Of a DNA stretch of 64,000 nucleotides, positions 46,901 to 58,900 are shown in pieces. The DNA is from Callorhinchus milii. Its lineage: Eukaryota. Where the stretch lies: contig NW_024704743.1 in assembly GCF_018977255.1 (NCBI RefSeq), positions 95,792,001 through 95,856,000 of the forward strand. The letters run 5' to 3'. The position numbers were made by a program, and so were the translations under genes. The number at the start of each line of letters is the position of its first letter. Position 1 is the stretch's first letter. The notes beneath the pieces were generated by a model that was not told where the DNA came from, did not search any database, and worked only from the letters and a program-made list of their open reading frames with translations.

Positions 46901-49900
46901 GGGTGTGTGGGGGGGTGGGGGGGGCTTGTGGGGGAATGTGCAATGTGTCCAATAGATAAGCTGTTTTCAGAGATAATAAGATTAAAACTTAAATAGTATT
47001 TACTTTGTATCAACGCATCTCCCGAACGAGGTGGCTCGTCATTGTCAAAAATCTTCACAGGGACTTCGTACACTTTTTGTTCATAACGCTTGTGCTTTGT
47101 GACAATATAAGCATGACTTCCTGTGAAGGCAAACATATTCCATCATGTTTCATTTTGCTGGAGGGTTATTCTACTCTGTGTGCGCCAGGTAGTAAGTTTG
47201 TTGATGTGACTTTGGCTCTATGCATTTGTACATTAATGTAATGCAAATTATAATGTATAGTTCAACTGTCTGATGACCAACGTTCTCATGAAGGGGGAAG
47301 CAGATGATAGGTGGATATATTAAGCAGATATGATCCATTGGTGTTTACTTACCATTTATTTTCTCGAGTTTCCAATCATTATTTGAGCCGTCAATAGAAA
47401 ATGTGAAGGGAAAACCGTACTGCGAATCAAAATCTGCAGCCTTGAAGATCATCTTCTCCTCTTTCATAACAGGGAAACAAGTGAAAAGCTTATTGAAACC
47501 GTCTGATACTCTAGGGTCATTGTCATTGATATCAAGCAAGAAGATGGCGACATCAACTGTAGAACTCATGAAAGAACCACCTGTGAAAAAACATAAAGCA
47601 AGCAACACTTCAGTTCAATGTTTGCGTCCTGCTTCATTAAAGAACAACAACTACAACTTGCATTTATATAAACTTAATAAATTGGTCAATTTAATGCACG
47701 ACTGTTTGTGGGACACTGCAGTGTGCAATTGGCTGCCACATTTCATCCACAAATATACAGTCAACTCACTTTAGGGTCTATTCTGTGAAGCGCTTTGAGA
47801 CGTCTAGAAGATGTGAAAAGAACTATATCAAATTCAAGAATTATTATTATATAGCGCCCTTCACACAGGGTAGTGTCCCAGAACACTTCACAGTGGCGGG
47901 GTCTGACATAATGAATGGGCATAATGTTACTTCATTCAGAGAACTTTTTCTTCATCTTTTACCATGATTAATGAATATGATAACTTGCCAATCATCAATC
48001 CTCATTGAGCAGTTTCTACCTTTAAACTTCCTAGCTTATAATAACTAACCTTTGTATTTGATATGGCATCTTGGGAGGACATCTGAAAGTGTTTCACAAG
48101 ATTCACTGTAACATGTAATTCTATATTCTGGAGGTGAACGTGGCAGCTAATTTTGTACATTAATATTAATCTCCCACAAGTAGCAATGAAATGCATGACC
48201 AATTCTATATGGGGAGCATTGGTCAGGGTACTGGTAGAAACTCCCTACTGTTTTAAAATAGTGCAATGGATCAATAACTTCCACCTTAAAGGTGGATGGG
48301 ATCTCAGTTTAATGTCTCTTCTGAAGGACAGCACCTCTGATAATGAAGCACATTCCCCAGCACTGCATTGGAGTGTCAGCCTGGACAGTGAGTTCAAAGT
48401 TGGTCACTGATCTTGAAGAGGTGAGAGTAGTACCAACTGAGTCAGGCTGATAACCTAAATAATAATCAATATGCCAAATGTTTGCAAACTCGTTATTCCT
48501 GCAAACAAACACACTAAAAAATTGTAAAATAACAGCAGGAGCAAGTGCCTTCTGGACCACTGAGAGTAACAACAGGTGTGCTTCTATTCAGTGATCATTG
48601 CCATACCTGGTATTCCTGTTATCAAGTGAGTCACCTTTTCAACATTCTTATCAGCGGATGCCATGGAAACAGGCACATTACCTCCCCCTCCAATAGATTA
48701 GTGCAGTGACAAGCCTTATGACTTGCACAATACCCACTGAATGCGGAGGTGTAGGTAAAAATGTTTTCTTGGATTCAATCCACCAGGGATCGCGAGTAGT
48801 TTGAAAAGATACCTTATTACACAACAGTTTGATTTTTGTCTGAAGCAGTGTGCTTGGCAACCCAAATAGCATTTTCTGGTTTCAAGAACCATTGCATTTC
48901 AAAAACATATATATACAGTTTTTACCTTGTTCCGTTGCAGTAACCTTTATATCATACTTAGATTCCGTTTCACGGTCCATTTCTTTATTGATGAAGATCT
49001 CTCCAGACTGAGCGTTAATCTTCACCCAGGAGAGTGGATCAGATGTTATTGAATAACTAATTAAAGAGAAGTTGTCCATTAGTACCATTTCTGAGGCAGA
49101 ATAATTCCATTCAATTATAATAATCCTTGCGTTTAATATATTGCCTATAACATCGAAACAACTCAAACTACTTCACAGTAACTGCTATTAAATGTGTTTG
49201 TAGGTGAATGTGATATCCAATTTGTATATGAAATGTGCCATAAACAGCCAAGAAGAGAATAGTCCATTTTAGCTAGGGGACTGTTTACCAGAACATCAGG
49301 AGAAACTTTCATCTGTTTTTGAATAGTGCTACGAGAATTTTTAGTGTCCATCTAAACAGGCAGACGGTACCTCAATTTAATATCTCATCCAAAGAACGGT
49401 ACCTCTAACAATGCATCATACCCCAGTACTGCACTGGAATGTCAGTCTAGACCAACCTTCTGATTCAGAGGTGAGAATGATACCAACTGAACCAGGTAGA
49501 CACCAAAGTGTTGAGTTTGCCTATAAAATAATAACATCAACAACAAGAACAACGTGCATTTATATAGCGCTCTTCACGCTGGATGGTGTCTCAGAGCGCC
49601 TGATACAGTAGGTGCGCTAAAATACAATCACCACCACAACAATAACTTGCATTTATATATCACCCTTCACAAAGGTGCTATATCAAATATGAGTATTATT
49701 ATATTTTAATAACATATTATAACAAGCTATATTAAGATAGATTAGATAAAAATGAGATAAGATTAGTAAGAAATGGTTAATGCAGGATACAAAATAGAAG
49801 AAAAATTGATGAGATTGATAATGGTTTAAAATATTTCTTGTTGAAATGTTATTTATCGTAATGATCTAGGTGAATTTCATTGTAATAATGCAATCTTTGA

Positions 49901-52900
49901 GTTTGTTTTTGGTAAAATGTAAGAGTTTTTTTGTGTCAGAACGTGTGAGCTGAAAGTGCACAGAACCAGTCCCACCAAAGAAAGGAGTCTCCTGAGCTGC
50001 TGGCACTCTAAGGGTTAAATGCAAATCAATGTTATTACTACATTATTTCATCACTTGCCAATGAAAACACATGAGCAAGGTCAGATAACTGATGTAAGTT
50101 CACTTATGTACGTCAGTGTCAGTGATTTATATCACATTACAGCAACAGCAAGGATCCTCTAAAAGGAGAAGTATGTAAATACACATGTAGGAACTATGAC
50201 AATACAGAGGCCAGATTGATTTAAGTGTCTGTATGAAATGATAAGGGCAAAGAAAATGTGAGAATTTCTTGCTCGTTGATTCAACTTTCACAATTCTAAC
50301 CAGTTCAATTTCCAAGGATAGCAAGTTTTGGAGACTCTGAAATTGAAATGCAAAAAATCCTTTACTTTAGCACTTTTGTGAAGATCTCCTGCCCGAATTA
50401 TCATACACCTGTGACTGCACAGCTAGATCACTAAAATATATGGAATAACAAAAAGACCGCACAGCTTCTTGTAATCTATACAATCTGGATTGTCAGTGAC
50501 TGTTCCTGATTGAGGTGAATGATTCACTGGCCCAGTCTCCAAGAGGAAAAAATTCTCCCTGGTGGTTTTTCAAGATTGACAGTGATTTTAAGAGTGTCAA
50601 TGAGGGAGTGAACCGAAAAGGCTCCACCAAACTAGCAAGAATGGTACCCATATCCGAACATGGATGAGCATCATATCTGGATCCATTAATTTGATCTCAA
50701 TAATTACAAAACAAATAGAATCAATAATCAGAATCAAAATGGGAGAGTATGCATAAAAATAGGCTGATAAATGTCACCCAAATGTCCCACATAATAGCAA
50801 TTATTTTTGAATCTTCTTCACATTTTCCGGCACTCTATGAGGGAAACAATTCTTCTCAGCTTTATCCTTGTTAATCTCTACCTGGCTGTCTCTATGTGGG
50901 TCTATACCATTGCTTCACACTTCAGAGGCTTGACATTTCTCATAGTTTTAACCTTTAATCATCTTAAATTTAAGGTCATGCAGAATTTTAGAAAATTCTT
51001 TTTGAAAGCCAGTTTTCTACAGAATGCAAGAACTGTTGAAATTGGCTTCCAAGGACTGAAATTAATGATTTTCCAAAATTCTGCACACTTTGAAGTAATG
51101 ACAATGATCTTATGGCTAAGTTCATATGAAAATTTGGGCCCAGATTCATTATCAGCCACTGTTTGTCCTCCAGAGTCTTCAGTACCTCAGCTTACTTCCT
51201 TCAGGATCCAGAGCCTCCACTTTTAGCAAGGATGTGCCCACTTTGCTATTCTCGTGTATCGATAGCTGATATGAAGAATTTAAGAAATACGGTGGCTCAT
51301 GAACATCTTCCACCATGAAATTCAGGGTTGCGGTAGAGTTGTATTTCTTTCCATCTACCAGTTGCTCTGGATTTTCGGCAATTATGATTAAGTTATAGGA
51401 TTGTTGTGTTTCAAAGTCCAGTGGCTGCAGGAATAGGAAATAAAATAAGTTGTTAGGAAATATGGCCAGAAAGTTTTAACAACTTGGACTTTCGCAAAGG
51501 ATCAACATTTTAAAATGTTTCACAAAGACAATAAGAATCCCCAAGCAGAGAGGAGACAAGAGAAAGGAATTTAAGGGTATTGAGCACAAGAACAGTCAAA
51601 AACATCTTCCAGCAACGTCAATCTCTGGTTGAATATCTACCTTCAGTAAATTGGAGAGGCAATTGCACAGTATCTTTAGTTCTGAAGGTTTAAATGTAAT
51701 ATTTTGTCCAAGGATAGCTGGAAATCAACTTTAATCCAAGATTTTCTGGAAGGGACTTTAGGAAAAACACAAACCCACCATGGAGGTGATTCCATATCCC
51801 AAATACAGAATGCCAGAGCTCACTAAAGGCAGAGCCCTCCTTCACTTTCCCAAGGTGCACAACTTTAGCTGGTTAAACTCCAGACTCTGGAGTCCACAAG
51901 CCTTGCCTCTTGCCAGCTTGATCTCATATTTTATTATGGGATTAGGTAAGGACAGTGTGTTTTTCTAGAAGAAAGAGTACATTCCACTCCAGATACAGGA
52001 AAAATATCATGTGTGGTGGTATACACATGTAGCATTCTCAGTCTGGTTTGCAAACTCTTAAGCTTGGTGATGGGTTTCCATGTGTGGTCAGACGTGCAGC
52101 TGACCAAAAAAGATGTTCTCCAAGACTAGCAAGTGTTTTTTTCCGTAAATTATTATTATTGTATTTCAGGACACAATGTTCACTTGCAGTGACTTGTGTT
52201 AAAACTCAGTGGCATGAATCACAGACTGTCTTATCTGCACTTGAGATGAGGAGCCTATGATGAGTCATCCTGTTCCATTCCCCATGAGATTGAAATAAAT
52301 GCTTTCTGACACAAGGGTCAATGTATTTGAACTCTTCACTTCATGCACAACACAGAGGAGGCTAATAGAGTTTCCATCTACAGTACTTTGAAGTTCAGTC
52401 GGAATTCTCATAGTTTTCTGAAAATCCCACATTGAAACATCTGGCAATTTGCAAGGCATAACAGGACAAGGGGGGTGGGTGGGGGGTTGATGAGTGGATA
52501 GCTACAATGCCAGAAGATTTAGGGACTTTTATCTAGAAAGCCTGAAACTTGAACTGTGCATACTTTGGGTCAGCAGCCTAGCGGCTGAAGGCTGTCAGCC
52601 TAGTTCAACTGTGAAGTGCTTTGAGACTTCTGACAATGTGATAAGACACTAAATCAAATGCAACTATTATTAATTATTATTATAAATAATAAAACCTATT
52701 AAATATTTTTCATTACATTACCTTAGCCAACATCACTGATCCTTCATTTGTCCTCACATCAGTTGTTATTTTGAAACTTCCTCTGTTGTCACCACTTATG
52801 ATTTTGTACAATATTTCAGAGCTCCCGGTGGAAGGCTCATCCTTATCTGTGGCCTGGATTTTAATCAATACTTTGTCCAATGGAGTGTTTTCTGGTAGTT

Positions 52901-55900
52901 TGATTGTGCCATACTGTGCACACACACAAAGACAGAAAAGACATTGTTGAAAAGATTTTTGTAAACAGGTTGGTCTGTGCTATTTGAATACAATCACAAT
53001 AAGATTTATCACAAAAGGAATATAAGCTGTTTTAGTAATGCAACAAAGTTGGATTGTGAAACAAACTGTGGGGTTTGTCACTTCCAGTGTCTTCAGTGCA
53101 ATAAATAGTAACATGAGTAAGACTGGACAGATACTGAACACAATTATGAGTAGATTTTACCCCCTTTATAAACAGGGCTGACTATAACAGTTAGTTTGCA
53201 GCAAGTTTGGAACTGGAAGACAAATTAATTTTAATAAATATTTCTGTAATGTTTTAACTGAGTCTGCTTCCTATTGTTCTCTTTTAGAGATGTCCTCAAG
53301 CAATGCAACAGGACTCAAGTTCATTGAAGCCTCAAAATATCCAAATATCCAGAGAATCCAAATATCTTCTCACTTTAGCCATTAGACTAACAATTGACCT
53401 AAAGTTTGAGATGATGCAGAATTTTGTAAAAATCTTAAATTCAGCCTTAATGTGGAGGCAGGTTTTTTGCATTCTCCATAAGTGCACAGTAGCCAGAGCA
53501 TTGTACGATTGGGCTTGACTTCTGGAGATATGAACTAAACTGAGTTGGCAATGCAGCCCACTATCCAAATTCTGTGAGCGCATCATCCTCATCCTTGCTC
53601 AAACCTGCCGGCTCTCCATCTCCCAGTAGATCAAATTAAATATTCACATCCTCACTTTCAAAAGCCTCCGTGGTCTCACCCCACCCTACCTCTGTGTCTT
53701 TACTGCCCCAGACACTTTCTCTGTTTCTAACAATCAGTAATATCACTGGAAATAACAATAGAAATATCACTGGAAATAATAATATTGTTGGATAACAGCA
53801 GGAGCAACACTCGCCAACATAGTGACTGATCATTCAGATGCTACAGAGATGCATTGAAACTGTCTCTACACTTACCTCTGTTTTCACAAAGACAGGGATC
53901 TGGTCGTTGATATCAATAACAATGATTTGTACAATGCATTCAGTGCTTAGCTCTAGAAAAGAAAAAAAAGGCTTCAGTTACAAAAGAGACCAATAAACTT
54001 TAATAAACTTAGAAGTAAAACCTTAGCAGTGACAATGCGGTAATATTTTTAAGCGCTCCTCATGTAGCTTTGGGAATGTTCAATATCTATCAGTAGGTGG
54101 AGCACTCTTTTCCAGTTAGTGGATTTGCCTTCCTCCAGCTCGCCCTACATTGATATTGAATCGGATAATTTTTAAAAGTAATTTTTAGTCTTTGGAGAGA
54201 CGTCCCACTTTTGTTGATTAGTATATGTTTCTGGGCCTGCATTTTCCCTACTGGAAGGTATACATCTGAGGTTAGATAAGGACATTAATGGAATTTGTTG
54301 CAATGACCCTGTGAAAAATTGCCTCAACACTTACTGTGAAGGCTTACATTTGAATACAGGAATGCCGCAAACCTGCATGTCGACTATCCACATGTCCACT
54401 ATTCTAATGCAGAAGGAAGCTGGGCTGCGACGTGGGCACAGATTTTTGGTTGTGTTCATCTGCTGCTAACAGATTTTTCCCCAAAGTATATGAGGGAGAG
54501 AGATTTGAATCAGGTAACTACAGGATAAGAGAGAGAGTCACAAGCACTCAGAACCTGTTAAAGAGTGACACACACAAAAATACACTCACACTTAGAACAT
54601 CAGAAAGTGACTGAAGCACAAACACACAGAGATCTGGTATCTGCATTGTTTTCAAACCCACAGTGGGGTAGGTCCCAGTTAGTGCGAATATCAGGCTCTG
54701 TACTCTAATGATTTCTTGGACAAGGTACCGGAAGACAACTACCAGAACATAACCCCAGTTGAAGGAAACGGGAGTCAAATAGCTTCAGAAGAGGCAGAGG
54801 AGATGGAAGCAAATTTACGATGAAAAGATTAAACGAAGTAGTTTTTGCCCTCAGTTTGCTCTGATAGAATGGCATTTATGAAACATGTCATTGACAACAC
54901 TGACATTCGGAGTGATTTTTTAATTGAGGATGTGAGCTGCATTTTCCCAAACCGTGGCATTATATAAGTAGATACAGAGACAAGTAGGAGGAAAATGGCC
55001 CAGAGGCCCATCGAAGTCACTCCCAAAGAACACCCAAGGCAATCTCCCTGTTACACTGCAGGGGACATCGTATGGCAGGTTAGGCTCCCACTCTGTAACT
55101 TCTGATCCTCTCTTCCTTAAGAAATCTGTATAGATTCCTCTCGAACGAGTGGATCCTATTTGCACAATTACAGAAGCGTTTGCTAAAGATGGCCAGTACT
55201 CCCTGGTGAAGAAGGCTTTCATCATGTCCAGTCTGAAGAGTTTTCCCTCCAGTTTAAAGGAATAACCTCGAGATCTGGAACACGCATTAACCGTGAAATC
55301 TGTGTCACCTGACATTCTGTCGATGCCATGTCAACAACATTGCCCCTCAGTCTCCTCTGCTCCAACGTCAACAGCCACAGTTGCTCAATTATTTTACTTG
55401 TACGGTTGCCTTTTAAAGAATGGATCTAGCCTGGTGATCCTTCTCTGCATCTTCAATGGCTTTATATCTGAGCTAGGTGGATCACACAAACTGGAGACAG
55501 TGCTTGAGGTGGGGCCAGTACAGAGTTAAGATAAGACTCTTCAGATATCTGTTATATATCCCAGTACTGAATGTCTGCCGAACACTGTTTATTGATTTTA
55601 GTTTGGTAAGATTAATACCTTCTGGATTTATTCCATTGTCAGAAACCAGGATAGTTAGATTGTAGTGTGATGCTTCATGTTTCTGCAGATTCCCCTGATT
55701 CCGACCAATATTTCCAACATATTGATCGATTGAGAATAGTGAGTCTTGTGGTTTTGTAGGCCATTGTTTGACAATTTGATACTTCAATAAGCTATTTTCA
55801 CTGGTGGGATCATCCCTGTCTGTAGCAATCACATTTCCAATAGAGCTTCCTGAAAAATAAGGAAAAGAACACGTCATTCAGGAAAATATCATTTACCCCC

Positions 55901-58900
55901 ATCAAGCCTGCTATTTCCATCCTGAGCAAAACTTTCACCATCATGAACATCACTCTGCCCACACCATCATCGGGGAAAGGTTATGCATTGATACACCATT
56001 ACCCCAAAGGAAACGAAGCAACAAAACACACAGTCACTACACTTTACAGCAAATCCTGCAAAGTGCTTTGAGATATCTCCCAATGTGAAAGGCGCTAGAC
56101 GAATTTTAAAAATGATTGTAATTATTTTAATTATTAACAAAAATATTGGGTCTAATTCTAATTATTTCTTAATAAGGAATACGATTCAAGGAAATGGGAT
56201 GCATTCTGTTAACTGGAAGTGCAGCACGTTGTCCATTGGAACTCCTACCTGATGTGATCTACTTTCAGAAAATAAAAAAAATTCTAAAAGAATTATGAAG
56301 GAATCTCATCAAGAAATACTATAAATTACATCTTATTTAATCTGTTTTCACACCTCAACTAGTTCTTATTATACTGCATACTTATAGTGCATACATCTGC
56401 ACTCTGCCCCTAGTGTCCCAGAAGCTAGCCTGATCTGCACAGTATATATTTATTAATGGTAAATCTATCCCCCTATCAAAATTTGCAGACATTTAATTAA
56501 TACATTCTTTGTGTCAATTAACTCTGGAAACATTTTACCTTAACTTTACGCTGGCAATGAAAGCTTCTTTGCTTATAATTAAGATGAAGATATAAAAACT
56601 ATAATACAACTATACTTGTGTAATAATAATCTTTGCATTTGACATAGCACCTCATCAGGTCTTCGAGAGGTCTCAAAGCGCTTCACAGATTATACTGTTT
56701 GTGGGCGAAAAGCAGCAGCCGATTGCAGCAGCCAACGCTTTGGGACGTCCTCCTGACGTGAAAGGCGCTCTATAAATGTAATTTTGTTGTTGTTGCACAG
56801 CAGTGCCACAAACAGTCATAGATTGAGTGCCAAATTATTATTAATAATTTTTTAAGGGATTATTATCCCCTGAAATGCAATCCGCGACTGGACTAACTAC
56901 CGGGTTCCTACTTACTGATAGATAAACAGAGGCATGTGGAGTAAGGAAACTTGTCCAATGTTTCGCCTTGCCCAGGTCCTCTCGCTCCAGAGTGCTCTAA
57001 CCACTAAACTACAGGACAAGTGTCATGATTGGTAGTCTAAAACAACAATAATATTGCTTGGATTTGACGTTGTCTTTCATATTGGAAGGACGTCTGAAAA
57101 CATTTGACAGCATTCACTATAAATTGCAATGAAGTATATTTTTAAGAGAATACTGTAGCCAATTTGCTCAGAGCAATGTTCCACAAACAGCCATAAAGTG
57201 AATGTTCAAATTTATCTGGGGGAATGCTGGCCAGGACACAAGGAGAAACTTCCTTCTCTTTTTGAATAGTGCCAAGGAAACTAACGTTCAGCTGAACAGG
57301 GAAACGGGAACTCGATGTTTAATGTCTCAAATGAAGGATGGCACCTCTAACAAAGTATAAAAAGGATTTCTTAATAAGAAATCCAAGTTACATAAATTAG
57401 TGTCGAAATCTGATAACCACAAATACTTCACCCTGAGCCTTGGAAATTGAGGACAACAAATCAATATCCTGAGTTCCCATGAGAATTCTAAAGAAATTCC
57501 TTATTAAAGAATACTGCAAATCAGACGCGAATTCCTACTTTGTGGATACAAAGGTCATGGAAAAATGTTTCTTTAAAGCAACAACGGGAAGGAAGTGGGA
57601 AAACAGACACTTCTGCCGATGTAAATTGTAAACCAGAAAATCGCATTCAGAGTAATACTTTGTTGAATTGATTGACATTAGTTTGCACATTGCTTTTCCT
57701 CAGAAATGGGAATTTCCATGTGTAGGTGACACCACATGGAACTCTCAGTCTGGTTTGGATACTTTTAAGTGTGGTGATGGGTTTCTGCAATTGGCAAACA
57801 CCCAGCTGACCCTATTTTCTTACTTCAGGCTGGTGGCTCAGTAATGCTCACCTAGTTTTTCATTTTCTTGAACTTCAAATGTAGCTGGTTCACAAACTGG
57901 TGCATTGTCGTTGATATCTTCTACTGTGACGTGAATATTCAGAGGCTCTTCCAGAGCATTTCTTTGGTTATCCAGCGCATACGCTAAAAACACATACTAA
58001 ACATACACAAAAGACAAGATTACTCTCCCAAGTCAGTCTTACCAGTCTTCTCTGGTGCACAAGTAAACAGTCTTGTCACAATAAACCCTTCTATTTACAC
58101 CAGGATGATTCAACAACATTATACACCCAGGGTCTAAAACGCGGCATTTCACATTTCTACCATTTTAATATGAAATATTCAAATTATATCCTGAACAATT
58201 ATATCTGTAACAACAAGGGGTGGTGGCGGGGGTGGGGGGATTGCTAAATCTCTCTCTGTCTCTTCCTGCAAAAAGCACTTCTCAAAACTTGTCTTAAATA
58301 GTTTTAACATATCATATTTTTGGTAGATTAACCAGGCTAGAGATGTGTTTCAGAATTGCTGCTTCCCAGAATAGCTGCTGCTCAGTCCATATAGATAGAA
58401 CTTTACCTCATCCCTTTCTTCTCTGTCAAGGGGCTTTGTCACACTAATGTTACCATAACTGTCAACTGCAAAAGGTAATTTGAAGTTGCTCCTCTCCTTT
58501 GACCTGAGTTCATATATTGCACCAGGGTTGTTCCACTGCACCTGGATAAGAGAAATTATACATATTTAAGAAAGCAGAACTAAGGAATTAAATCAGCACA
58601 GACAATAGCAAAAGAGTAGATAATACAAAAGTAAAAGGCAGTTTGTCAACATTAATGTATCTATTAATATTCTAGTCTTCACTTCCTTGTGAAGTTCTCA
58701 TTATCTAATCTGTAATCTTAAAATTTAAGATTGTGAAGACATGTGGAAAATTCTTAAATTCAGTCTTCATTTGGGAAATATTTTTCCTCAGTTCCTAAAT
58801 CTAAGTCCATGAGGGATGTTGGGCTTCTGCTGCACTCAGCACAAAGCACAGAAAATGTAGAAATATTCACTTCTTCATCTTCATCACACCTAATAATAAT

